Source: an uncultured virus (IMG/VR IMGVR_UViG_3300025070_000018) (lineage: Duplodnaviria; Heunggongvirae; Uroviricota; Caudoviricetes). Taken from it: 64,000 nucleotides of DNA. The notes below the pieces were generated by a model, which saw nothing but the letters and a program-made list of their open reading frames with translations, was not told the origin of the DNA and made no database searches. The stretch lies in IMG/VR virus record IMGVR_UViG_3300025070_000018. The stretch is one strand, 5' to 3'. Made by a program: the position numbers and the translations under genes. This document shows positions 38,856 to 50,400 of this stretch, in pieces; the stretch's first letter is position 1; every line of letters starts with the position of its first letter.

Positions 38856-40706
38856 ATGCCATTCGTAAAATTAACAGCGCCTCCAGGGGTTATCACAGAC
38901 ATCACAGATTACCAAGCGCAAATGCGTTATACTAACGCGGACAAGGTGCGCTTCTTTCAAGGGTATGCAGAGAAGATAGGTGGCTGGACTAAGAGGTTTA
39001 GCTCCGCACAAATCAGTGGCGCATGCCGAAACATTCTACCTCATCGCGATCTCAACGGAACCAAGATGATTCTCATGGGAACATCAACCCATGTTTACAT
39101 TGAGTACTCTGGTGTAGTATATGATGTCACGCCGTATAGAACAGATTCAGCAACACTAACTAATCCCTATACAACGGGAGCAGCAGGCACTAATGAAGTA
39201 ACAGTCACTCACGTTTCCCATGGTTTAGCAAACACTGACCCAGGTTCTCGTGTGGTTATTGACACGGCAGTTACCTTAGATGGTATTACAATTGCAGCGG
39301 GAGAATACGTAGCAACTTATTTAAGTGCTAACACTTACAAAATTACAGGCACAGGAGCAGCAGCATCTGGAGGAGTAACAGGCGGAGGTTCAGTTACATT
39401 ACGTTACTTAGTAAACAACGGTCCTTCTGATGGTCTAACAGGTTATGGTTATGGTGTAGGTTTATGGGGACAATCCTCTTGGGGTACAGCAAGAAGTACA
39501 TCAGGTATTGTTTTGTCACCAAGAGTTTGGTCAATGGATGCATGGGGTGAGGACATTGTTGCATCTGTAGGTGGCGGCGAAGATACTATTTATTATTTTG
39601 ATATCAGCGCTTTCATTGCATCTCCTACTACTTTTCGTGGGACAACACTAGCTTACTATGTCACAAATACTTTAAGCGGTGATGCTTCACAGATTCCATC
39701 AAAGGTCGGGCAAGTTATGGTATCTACTCCTGATAGACACCTAATTGCATTTGGTTGTAATCCTGTGGGTTCATCAGACTATGATCGAATGACAGTACGC
39801 TTTTGTAATCAAGAAGATTTTCAAACATGGACACCTCAGTTAGTCAATACAGCAGGTGAACAAAGACTAGGTACAGGTACAAACATTGAGGCTGTTGAAA
39901 AAGGGCGTGGTCAAATATTCTTATGGACAGATGTAGATGTGTATTCTATGCAGTTTATTGGTCCACCATTTACATTCTCATTCTCAGTGTTAGGAGAAAT
40001 CTCTGGTACTATATCCAAGAACGCGGCAACCACAATAGAAGGTGCTTCATTCTGGATGGGTGTGGATAACTTCTACATGTATGATGGTGCTGTGCGTACT
40101 TTAGAATGTCCCGTATTGACACACATCTTTAATAACTTTAACCAAGTTCAGCGTGAGAAAGTTTTCTGCGGACAAAACATTAAGTTTAACGAGCTATGGT
40201 GGTTCTATCCATCGCAAGGTTCTTTAGATGTAGATAAGTATGTCATCTATAATTACATTGACAAGACTTGGTCTATTGGAGATTTAGGCAGAACAGCTTG
40301 GGCAGATTCTAATATCTATTCCAATCCTTTAGCGATTGATTCTTCTGGTATTCAATATAACCAAGAAGATGGGGTAGATGCAGCAGGCAGTGCGATCACT
40401 GCTTTTGTGGAAACAGGTTTCTTTAATGGTGATCAGAATGGCGACAATGTTTATTTCTTAGATAGGGTGATTCCTGACATTACATTTAAAAATGGTACAG
40501 CCATGAAGTTTACATTAAATAGTAAAATATACCCGCAAGATGCCTTGATAACTAAAGGACCATTTACTATTAACGCAACTGACCCTGAGTTAGATTTTCG
40601 CGCTAGAGGTAGATCCTTCCAAGCCAGGTATGAATCTGATACAACAGGAGTGTCATGGAGATTAGGCACGTGGCGTGCGGACGGTAGACAGGATGGATTA
40701 AGGTAA
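38856..40706 (+). CDS. Podovirus tail/packaged-DNA stabilisation protein (tail tube B / P22 gp10-like)
   Basis: DKVRF...EKIGGW N-terminus, beta-propeller-like composition, WRLG..R.D...DG.R end. Confidence 0.7.
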   Translation: MPFVKLTAPPGVITDITDYQAQMRYTNADKVRFFQGYAEKIGGWTKRFSSAQISGACRNILPHRDLNGTKMILMGTSTHVYIEYSGVVYDVTPYRTDSATLTNPYTTGAAGTNEVTVTHVSHGLANTDPGSRVVIDTAVTLDGITIAAGEYVATYLSANTYKITGTGAAASGGVTGGGSVTLRYLVNNGPSDGLTGYGYGVGLWGQSSWGTARSTSGIVLSPRVWSMDAWGEDIVASVGGGEDTIYYFDISAFIASPTTFRGTTLAYYVTNTLSGDASQIPSKVGQVMVSTPDRHLIAFGCNPVGSSDYDRMTVRFCNQEDFQTWTPQLVNTAGEQRLGTGTNIEAVEKGRGQIFLWTDVDVYSMQFIGPPFTFSFSVLGEISGTISKNAATTIEGASFWMGVDNFYMYDGAVRTLECPVLTHIFNNFNQVQREKVFCGQNIKFNELWWFYPSQGSLDVDKYVIYNYIDKTWSIGDLGRTAWADSNIYSNPLAIDSSGIQYNQEDGVDAAGSAITAFVETGFFNGDQNGDNVYFLDRVIPDITFKNGTAMKFTLNSKIYPQDALITKGPFTINATDPELDFRARGRSFQARYESDTTGVSWRLGTWRADGRQDGLR

Positions 40707-40903
40707 TGGCATTATACAGCAGACCCGCATACCCAGAACCTTCATACAAAGAAAGAACAGAAGGAAAGATTGATGTCAGAACATATGACGCATTAATACA
40801 GGTTTTAAAACTAAGGGATTACTCAGAAGAGAATCCGCCAGTAAAGATAGCAGACCAAACAGAGATTAGAGCAATGGCTTGGTTTTTAGGAGATCATAAT
40901 TAA
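40706..40903 (+). CDS. Hypothetical virion protein
   Basis: Translationally coupled in structural operon. Confidence 0.55.
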   Translation: MALYSRPAYPEPSYKERTEGKIDVRTYDALIQVLKLRDYSEENPPVKIADQTEIRAMAWFLGDHN

Positions 40904-41244
40904 TGTCAACATTATACAAGTCAGTAGGTTTTACTTTAACCGCAACAACTTTAACTACAATATACACATGCCCAACCGAAACAGAAACTATTGTTAAAAC
41001 GATACAAACTACCAATCACACCACATCAGGCAATATAGGACTAAATGTTTTTGTTAACAAGAGTGGTACCGATTATGATATAGCTCACCATGTATTAGAC
41101 AGTAAAGATTCTTTAAATGTTATTGATGGCACGCTTGTCCTTGAGCAAGGTGACATTTTAAAACTACAAGCAGATACAGCTAACAAGCTCAGTGGTTTGG
41201 TTTCATTCTTGGAGGTCAGAAGTGATACAAAAAATCCGATATAA
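40903..41244 (+). CDS. Tail-associated beta-rich protein
   Basis: TTIYTCP...LVLEQGDILK. Confidence 0.55.
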   Translation: MSTLYKSVGFTLTATTLTTIYTCPTETETIVKTIQTTNHTTSGNIGLNVFVNKSGTDYDIAHHVLDSKDSLNVIDGTLVLEQGDILKLQADTANKLSGLVSFLEVRSDTKNPI

Positions 41245-41260
41245 TTTTCACCGTGCCCCC

Positions 41261-41289
41261 TTGTATTTAGGGCATAAAAAGGGTATAAT
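41261..41289 (+). promoter_or_regulatory. Sigma70 promoter, probably leaderless transcript
   Basis: TTGTAT-N17-TATAAT; ATGs at 41293/41296 with no SD; CCGTGCCCCC abuts the -35. Confidence 0.7.
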
Positions 41290-41292
41290 ATT

Positions 41293-42513
41293 ATGATGCA
41301 AGGATACGCAGGTCCAGTACAACAAGGAGATATGGTCGTACGAGCGAACGAAGTTTCGCCAGGTATTACTGCACTCTTATCAAAACAGAACAGGAAGGGG
41401 GCACAGGGAATTTATGAACTTCCTGGAGCACAACAGCCAGTCCCTAATTATTACAACATGGCACTAGACAATGTTCAAAACGAGATTCGATCAGCGGCGC
41501 GTACGGTTAATGCGATGGCGCCAGAGGGTGAACGACTAGCTTACGTTAACCCACAAGAAGAAGGTATATTAAAATTATTAGGTGGCGCAGGCGAACCACA
41601 ACCTGTCACAGGTATACCATCATACTATGTTTCGCAATACAGAGGAGGTAAGCCCGATAAACCTATATCTAAATCACCCAGGATTTCACAAGGTTTAAGG
41701 GATGCTATGAATAAGCGATCAAAAGATACACCACCACCGCCACCAAGTTCTTCAAAAGACACAGGTAATAAACCATATATTCCTATGGTTGCTGGAGGTA
41801 TTGGAAAAGATGAATTTAAAGATGACAAAAATATAGATAACAATTATGCACAACAAGCATTGATAAATGCATATGTTGCAGGAGCAGCTAAACAAGCTCA
41901 AGGTGCGGCAGGGGGTAATATAGGACAAGATGCACTACGCGGACTGTCTGCTTTAAAAGGACAAGCAAATAAAACTTTCTTTAGCAGTGACTATAATAAA
42001 ATGTTAAATAGAGCAATGAAGTATGGAGATCCTTTAACTACAGGAAACTATTATTTAGGAAGTGCTGATAATGATCTTAGAAAAGAAGGTATTTTTGGTG
42101 ACTATGATACAGAAGAAGGTAAGAGATTAAAGTTTGGTTTAGGTGGGGGAGCTTCTAAGATTGGTGACTTCTTTTCTAATTTTGGCTTAATGGGTTTACT
42201 AAATAAATTATTCCCAGGGGATGAGATGACTTTCGATGAAAAATTAAAAGCTTACGATGCAATGAAAGCTCAAGAAGAAAAACAACGTATGAGCAAAGAT
42301 GCTGGAACTGCTGACTCAACTGGAGAAGATGATACAGATACAGATGATGAAGATGAATCAGAAGAAGAGTATCCATTCTTTGGTTATAGAAGAAAGGTAC
42401 AAGTACCTTTATCTCTTGAAGATATTATGAGTAGATATTATAGTTCTGATCCTGATAGAAAAAATATTTTAGAAGACCTTGATGCTGCTGTAAAAAGAAG
42501 GGATGATTCATAA
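41293..42513 (+). CDS. Probable ejection/internal virion protein
   Basis: APEGERLAYVNPQEEGILKLLGGAG....TGIPSY segment; low complexity; synteny. Confidence 0.55.
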   Translation: MMQGYAGPVQQGDMVVRANEVSPGITALLSKQNRKGAQGIYELPGAQQPVPNYYNMALDNVQNEIRSAARTVNAMAPEGERLAYVNPQEEGILKLLGGAGEPQPVTGIPSYYVSQYRGGKPDKPISKSPRISQGLRDAMNKRSKDTPPPPPSSSKDTGNKPYIPMVAGGIGKDEFKDDKNIDNNYAQQALINAYVAGAAKQAQGAAGGNIGQDALRGLSALKGQANKTFFSSDYNKMLNRAMKYGDPLTTGNYYLGSADNDLRKEGIFGDYDTEEGKRLKFGLGGGASKIGDFFSNFGLMGLLNKLFPGDEMTFDEKLKAYDAMKAQEEKQRMSKDAGTADSTGEDDTDTDDEDESEEEYPFFGYRRKVQVPLSLEDIMSRYYSSDPDRKNILEDLDAAVKRRDDS

Positions 42514-43391
42514 TGTTAGATTTTTTATTCGGAACTAAAGAAGCACAACAAACTTCAACAACCTCAGTAGAACTTCCAGAGTATATGGAGAAAGCTGCTA
42601 AATCCTTAACGGGAGTAGCAGGTGATGTAGCCAAAGAAGGTTTTATACCTTACACAGGTCCAAGACTTGCGGCTATGTCGCAAGCAGAAAAAGACGCAAT
42701 AGCCAGAGCCCAATCACAGACAGGTATCGCGGGTACACAGGTGGGGCAAGCTTATACTGCTGCAACAGCAGCGGGGGCACCGATTGGTCAAGCCGATCTC
42801 CAAAGATACATGAACCCATACATGACTAATGTTGCGGATATCGCAGCAAGAGAAGCGCGAAAACAATCTGCCATTGAGCAGCAAGGTATCGCAGCTCAGT
42901 CTGCGCAAGCAGGTGCATTCGGTGGGTCGCGACAAGCTGTACTAGAAGCTGAGCGTCAAAAAAATTTACAACAAGGGATTGGTGATATCTATGCGCAAGC
43001 CCAACAACAAGCTTTTCAAACTGCACTAGGTGCGGCACAACAAGAAAGACAACAACAATTACAATCTGCTTTAGGTATGGCAAGTACTGGTCAGGCAGGT
43101 CAAGCAGCAAGACAATCAGATTTCCAACAGTCTATGGGCATTGGCGGGCTACAAAGACAGATGGAACAACAGGCTTTAGACTTGGGTTACTCTACATTTG
43201 TACAGGAAAGAGATTACCCAAAACAACAATTAGGATTCTACTCTGATATTTTAAGAGGAGTTCCGACAGGTGAAACAAGAACATACACTGGGACACCAGT
43301 CCAACAGCCTAGTTTCTTTTCACAGGCGATGGGTTTAGGTGTGCAAGGATTAGGAGTGGCGGCTAATTTAGGTTGGCAGCCGTTAGGATAA
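42513..43391 (+). CDS. DNA transfer/pilot (ejection) protein
   Basis: Ala/Gln-rich; YMNPY, GAFGGSR. Confidence 0.65.
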   Translation: MLDFLFGTKEAQQTSTTSVELPEYMEKAAKSLTGVAGDVAKEGFIPYTGPRLAAMSQAEKDAIARAQSQTGIAGTQVGQAYTAATAAGAPIGQADLQRYMNPYMTNVADIAAREARKQSAIEQQGIAAQSAQAGAFGGSRQAVLEAERQKNLQQGIGDIYAQAQQQAFQTALGAAQQERQQQLQSALGMASTGQAGQAARQSDFQQSMGIGGLQRQMEQQALDLGYSTFVQERDYPKQQLGFYSDILRGVPTGETRTYTGTPVQQPSFFSQAMGLGVQGLGVAANLGWQPLG

Positions 43392-44419
43392 TGGCAGATT
43401 CATATTCAGATTTTTTAAACTTAGCTGAGACTTTGGGCATACCACTAAATACAAATGATGTAAGTACTATTGCCCCGCAACTTCAAGAGCCTCAATCCAA
43501 CTTAGATACAGCTTTAAGTGGTATTGTTAGTAATATTAAACAAGGAGAGTTTAATAAAAATCAAGGTCAAGCTATGTCAGACGCGTTAGGAATTATGGAT
43601 TTGATGGAACAAGAAGGTAATTACAATGTTAAAGATTTAGCCGAAGACATGGAGAAAGCAGGTATAATAACTTTAGACCCTGACACTAATATATTTTCAG
43701 AAGGAAACGCAAGACGAGACGCCGCAGATTATTTAGCTAGAGAAAAATCTTTTTCTAAGATACCTGCAGACGATAGATTGCCTTATGATTTTGATATTAA
43801 ATTAAAAGATAAGCCACCCATCCGAAGTAAAGATAAAAAGGGAGATGCTAAAAAAGAAGAAAAAGTTAAAGAAGATGATAGACCTAAAGAGTTAAAAGAT
43901 TATTTAAAAGATATCATGTCTGATGGTGATTCTCTGATTGCTTTAGGTAGTGCTATAGCCAGGGGCGAAGGTTTAGTTGGGGGTCTTCAAGACTTTAATG
44001 AAGCCAGAAAAGCAACTAAAGCATTGCAAAGAGAACTTGCAACGCAAGACTTCGAAAGAAAACGTCAAACAAAATTAGATGAATACACTATCGCAGCTGC
44101 TCAAATGGATATTGCTTACAAGCAAAGTCAATTAACTACAGATGAAATTAAAAACGCGCAAAGTGCTGCACTGTTTGAAGCAACAGCAGAAGGTATAGAC
44201 CCTACAGACCCTAATTTAACTGAGGAACAGCTATCAAAATATTACGCGATTCTTAATAAGAAAATGGATATGATTATCAATAAAGAGAAACCGATGACTA
44301 CTGGGGCTTTTGGTGAACAAATAGCCATGCAAGCTATACAAGATGCTGTGGGTGGTGAAGGCACAGGGGCTGTTGGTCAGGGTAATAAACAAATTACCGA
44401 ATCATATAAAGATTATTAA
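43391..44419 (+). CDS. Probable internal virion protein
   Basis: Start coupled to upstream stop (TAATG); synteny. Confidence 0.55.
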   Translation: MADSYSDFLNLAETLGIPLNTNDVSTIAPQLQEPQSNLDTALSGIVSNIKQGEFNKNQGQAMSDALGIMDLMEQEGNYNVKDLAEDMEKAGIITLDPDTNIFSEGNARRDAADYLAREKSFSKIPADDRLPYDFDIKLKDKPPIRSKDKKGDAKKEEKVKEDDRPKELKDYLKDIMSDGDSLIALGSAIARGEGLVGGLQDFNEARKATKALQRELATQDFERKRQTKLDEYTIAAAQMDIAYKQSQLTTDEIKNAQSAALFEATAEGIDPTDPNLTEEQLSKYYAILNKKMDMIINKEKPMTTGAFGEQIAMQAIQDAVGGEGTGAVGQGNKQITESYKDY

Positions 44420-44464
44420 AGTAAAGAGCTTGGCTCTTGAATACACGAAAGTGTAACAAAAAAC

Positions 44465-47400
44465 ATGGCAGAAGAAGTAACATATAAACCTATAAGTGAT
44501 TCCAACATAGCTAATATACTAGCTAAAAGTTCTGCCATAGCTTCACAAGGAATCGCCGCTCCTCCTAAACCTACAAGTGAACAGCTAAAACAAATGGCTG
44601 ATTCATCTCCCGAAAATTTAAAATATATATTATTATCTGATGACCCGAATGGTCCTCGCATGGCAGTTCCTAAAGACGCTACAAAAGAAGAAGTACAAGC
44701 GTACTTAAAAAATCCTAAACTAGAGCAAAACTTATTTAACCAAGGTTACATATATAAGTTTGGTATTGGAGCTGAACGCTATGACAACCCCAACGACTTA
44801 GATGATACTGCATTTACAAAAGGTTTGAAAGGTGGATGGGCTGGTCTTAAACAGATAGGAGCGGGGGCACTCGGAACTGTGGCTGATGTTTTAGGCATGG
44901 AAGACTTAGAGAAAGCCACCAATGATGCTATCCAAAGATATCAAATACAAGGGATGGCAGATCAGTTTATCAAAACCAAAGATGGTGAAGTTATTCCTTT
45001 TGAAGCATCTATTGAAAAGATATTAACTGAAGAGGATAGAGCCGCGCATTTCTTTGATTGGCTAGGATTCAATGTTGGGCAAGGTCTTGTCACTACTATA
45101 CCCATCTTCGCTGCTAGTATGGTTAACCCTGCACTTGGCGTAGGTATGGCTTACGGTATGGGTGTGGGTGATTCCAGAATAGCACAGCTAGAAGCTACAG
45201 ATTTTGAAAAAGCAAACGCAGGATTATCTTTAGCTATTGGTGTACCATACGCGGCAACTGAATATTTATTAGGTGCTGGTAGTATATTACAAAGAATGCT
45301 TTATCAAAAGTTTGGTAAAGAAGCTACGCGCAAAGGCATAGATAAATTATTAAAACAGTCTACATCCAAAACCATTGGCAAAGAAACAGGTAAGTCAATA
45401 GCAGGCGAATCATTGGCTGAAGGAACACAGGAAGCTCTTGTAGAATCTGCTGGAGTAATTGAAAAAGCTCTTGACACTGACCAAGAAATAATTGCATCTT
45501 TATCCGACTTGTACACTGACAAAGATTTTTATAAAAGAGTTGGTGAATCAGCAGGTGCTGGTGCTGCGGGTGGTGGACCATTTGGTATTACTGGTGGTAT
45601 TGTAAAAAGTTATCAAATAAGTGATATTAAAAATATTGATGCTAAAGATTCTAAAGCTTATCAAGACAACAGAACTAATGATGATAAAGACCCTGTTGTA
45701 ATAGACAAGTTAGGTGAAGATTATACAAACAATACCTATACTGTTACAGGTATAAGTTCTAGTAAAGATATTGATGACAATGATATAGTAGATGAGGATG
45801 GTAATATTGTTACACCTCAATTCCAAGTAATAGGAACGTACGATCGGGGTGGTCAAAGGAAAGTTTTTCTAAAAGACTTAACACCTGGTGCTAAAAATAC
45901 TTTCGTTGAAACAGATATAAGTGTATTAGATAGTTTAAATATAATAAAAAAGCCGACAGAAGATAAGAAAGCAGATACTGTTGATCCCCAAACAGGTGAG
46001 GTTGAACAAACCCCTGTATTTGATAAGAGAGAAGATTATGAAAAGATAAATGTAAAACCTCTAACTGATAAGAAAAGAGAAAAGCTCATGAACATCTTAA
46101 GAGGTAGAGGATATACAGATTCGCAAATGGAATTACTTGAAGCGCAAGGACCAAGGGCTTTATCACATGAAGTAGAAAGTGGTTCCAATTATTTAACACC
46201 AGAAGAAATACAACAGCTAGGTCAGCTTGGTTACTTACAAGAGATAGAAGGTGAATTTTCTTTAGAAGTTCCACGTGGTGGACCACGTGCTATTTATACT
46301 CCAGCAACATTAAAAGAAATACAAGAGAATACATCTGTAAATAAAAAGACTGGCAAAACTGCTGGACGTGAAATCTTAGAAGAAATAATAAACAACAAGG
46401 TAGAAAATAAACCGCGTACCTCACCTATTAGAGAGCAAGTCGGAACTACACCCGCCGTGCCCCCCGTCCCTCAGGAAGAAATTGTTAATCAAGCAGATGA
46501 GAAATTAGCTAAAGAAATATCTAAAGTAAGCGAACAGCTTAGAAATCCTAAACTAACGGAAGAGAAAAGGCAAGAGCTACTTAGCTACAGAGATGTTTTA
46601 AATGAGGCATCTGGCGATGTGATGCAACAAGAAGCGCGAGACAGGTATTATGATATGCAAATACTTGCTAATAGAATTGGGCAAGAAAACCACACACCCG
46701 CGGCAATTGAAGGTTACAAAAAAGCGATTGAAGGATTGCGTAAAAGAAAAGGAATTACAGAAGAAGATAGAGCTGCAGAAATAAATAGATTCCAAGCTTT
46801 GATTAATAGAGCAGAAGGAGACTTAAAAAACTTTAATGTGTTGTATACTTCTTTCGGTTATAAACCTTTAACAAGGCAACAGCTAAACAGAATAACACAA
46901 AAGTCTTTCCCAAACAAAGGCAAAATTCGCGCGCTTTATCAAGGAACAAAAGAGAAACCAATTATCAAACCTATAGAAGTTTATTCTGTAGATGATTCTA
47001 CTACTAGAGCACAAGGTGAATTACGCCGAGAAATTAATGACAACAAGATTAAAGCATTACAAAATAAAACTTACTGGGGAACTGTAGGGCATACATTCTG
47101 GAATACAGGATCTGGCTCAATCCCAGGGGGCACGCTGGATGGGGGTAAGTCTGCGTTTTTATATCTCAAGCCTAGTGTATTTTTACGATTAGCCACTAGT
47201 GGGGCTGACACAAGCATAGAGCGTCAAAATCAATTACAAGAACAATATGGTAAGGGTGCCCAAAATGGTATTACTCCACCGTATTTAAGATTAAAGTTAC
47301 GTTACACAGATGCGGGTAATCCAATCCTAAGTGTTACAGGGCACGAAGGAAGACATCGAGCAGTATATGCTAGCAGATTAAATCCAGACAAACCCATACC

Positions 47401-50400
47401 AATTCAGATAGAAATACGTGACGAAAATTTAAAAGCTTTATTTTATGATACAACTATACCAGGGTATAAAGGCAGAAGAGACTACGGAGATTTTGTAGGA
47501 ATTATTCAAGAAGCAGGTATCGAGACTCAAGATTTGGTTATAGATAATATGGACGGTAATCCAGAAATGTTAACTAATCTAGATTTAGATATTGGTGGTT
47601 TTGTATATAATAATGGTGAAGTAAAACTTGGTAGAATATTTAAAAGAGATGATGACTACAACCCAGATCAATTAGTAAACAGTATTAATGACTTGGGTGT
47701 TGTTGGTTATCTAGAAACACAGGAAGAGAAAGCTCAGTTTACAAAAGAAGCTGAGAAGGATTTAATGCGTATTTATCTAGCGATGCGTGCTGAGTTAGAT
47801 AATATGGGATTAGACTATGTCAACCTGGCTATCCTCAATAGGTGGTTAGATAACTCTAGAACTAGACTAGGCAAATTTATTGGCACTTACGATGTTGCAA
47901 CAGAAGCTATGGATTTTCAGAATCCTCAAGTCATAGAAGTGCTAGGTAAGAAGTATGATAATCTATCATACGAGAGCAGATTGAATAGTTTGATGGTAAC
48001 ACTTAGACATGAAGCAATGCACGCCATGTTTAGAAGTGGTTTGTTTACAGACAAAGAGCTTAACATGTTAAAAGAATTTTCTAAGAAACATTGGGTAGAT
48101 GCTTTTAATGTTAGAAAAAACTATAGTGGTTTGCCTGGCATGACTGAAGACATAATTATAGAAGAAGGTATTACTGCAGCATTTGGTGCTTATATTAACA
48201 AGAAGTATGTTCCAAAAGGTAGGCTGGCGAAAGTATTTGAAAGATTAAAAGCTTTCTTCTTAGGCTTATCAAGAGCACTATTTAAAACAGGTTATACAAA
48301 TCCTGCTCAATTATTCGATGCAATTGATAACGGAGAATTTAAAAGAAGAATGCAAGAGCGTAAACGTTTAGTATTAAATAATACTATAGCGAATAACACC
48401 CAACAAAGTTTAGAGAAACGTAGCCCTTCAACAAAAATTAAACAAAGACGAACTCCATTTGTTGCTATTACTGACATACCAGAATCGCAACCAGGATACA
48501 ACTACAGCCAAGAATATATTGATGAACCATCTTCCCCAGAGATAGATAAGTATATACCAGGCACACGCCAAAGTTTAAGATCCTCTACTCGACAAATGGA
48601 AAATGACATTGCTAGAGAATCACGAGCAGATGAAACAAATACAGCCTCACCTGAAAGTATTGGCACACCTGCGCGTATATTTTCCCACGCCAGAGTATGG
48701 GCTAAAAAATATCCTGTGTTTGAAAAGCTATTTAGTGCTGTAAGTTCACGTGATCAAAAGTCTAGAGAATTACAAAGTCAATTCGTAGCAACCTTAAGTA
48801 AAAAGTTTATGAAAGTAATGCGTAATCCAGAGTATGCTAAACTAATTAATAAAGCATTAGAAATATCTCAGCAAGTTAAGGGTCGTTACAGGATGAATGA
48901 GAATGGTCAAATAATTTTTAGAGCTGAGAGAAATGGAGATGGCGGAGATAGTACAGTAAAAGCAGGAGAAGTTGTAGTATTGGAAGGTGACTTAGCGGAA
49001 GCTTATGAGAATGTGCAAGAGGCTGTACAAATGATGCACAAAGAAATCGTTAGAGGTTTACTAGCTAATGATTCTGCTACAGATTTATTATCAAATACTA
49101 TTCAGACTTTAATAACTTTAAATGCTATAGATGTAGATGCTAAAACATTTTTAAATAATACTAAATCAATTACTGAGCTCACTGAAAATGATTATGAAAA
49201 TTTAAGTTACACAGACATACTTCAATTAACTAATGCTGTAAAAGATTTTAAGGAAGCTGTGGGTGATAACGCGGAAATATTAATTAACTTACAGCTAACT
49301 GCTAAAGAAGGTCAAGGTGTTATTGCTAGATTAAATACATTACTAGGACAGGCTGATAAAGAGGGGGCACCTGGGACTGGATTGTTGGCACTTACTTCTG
49401 AGCTGAGAAAGTATAATGACTTCACAAAGACAGACTATGTACCACTACAAAGATACGGCAGTCATTACATTGTCGTAAAAGATAAAGACGGTAAAACCGT
49501 AGATTATAGAATGTTTGATAAGGTACGCTTTGGTGTTGTCAAACAAGATGAAGAAAAAGAAGTTAGAGAAGCATTACAAAATAAATACGGAGGTAACCCT
49601 GATGTAACTATATCAGGAACTAAACCTGTTACTATTAATGATTTAAGAAGAGATGTTCAAGCTGATCTAAATACTATAGACGCAGCCGCACAATTTTTAT
49701 CAGACACTAATAAAGAAAAATATAATGAAATAAGAAAAGAAATAGAAACAACTTTAAATAAAGGTACTGATATTACTAATGGTGTAGTCCAAGGATACAG
49801 TGCTTTCATACAACCGCGTAAACAGTCGGGAGGTATACCAGGATACAGTACTGATTTCGCAAGAGGGTTGACTCAATACGGTTTAGCCAGCAGTAACTTC
49901 GCGGCAGGTAATAGATTCAATAAAACTATAGCAGACGCTTATCGAGGTACGCAAGATCCTAAGCAAGCAGATGTTAGTTTACGTGATGCTTCTAGTAAGT
50001 GGTACAAATATGTTATGGACCCAAAACAAGAGTTAGCCCAAATTCGTAGGCTAGGTTTCTGGTATTATTTGGGAGGTAATATATCTTCTGCTTTCTTACA
50101 GCTAATGAGTATTGTACAATTTAGTGGTCCAATTTTAAGCACAATATCTGGGCAGAAACAATCCGCAGCTGTTGAGTTAGTGAAAGCATTTAATGACGTA
50201 AGAAAAATGTTAGTGTTCAATGGTAGAAAATTTGAAGATGTGTTCTTAAATTTTGATAAGTTACCAGAAGATGTCAGAGAAGATGCTATGGCTGACATAT
50301 ATAATGGTACAATCAAACAAGGTATGGCAGCACACGAAGCAGGGATGCCTGTAGGTGGTGGCACAGTTAGCCAAAACCAAATTAGACAAAGGGCACTAAG

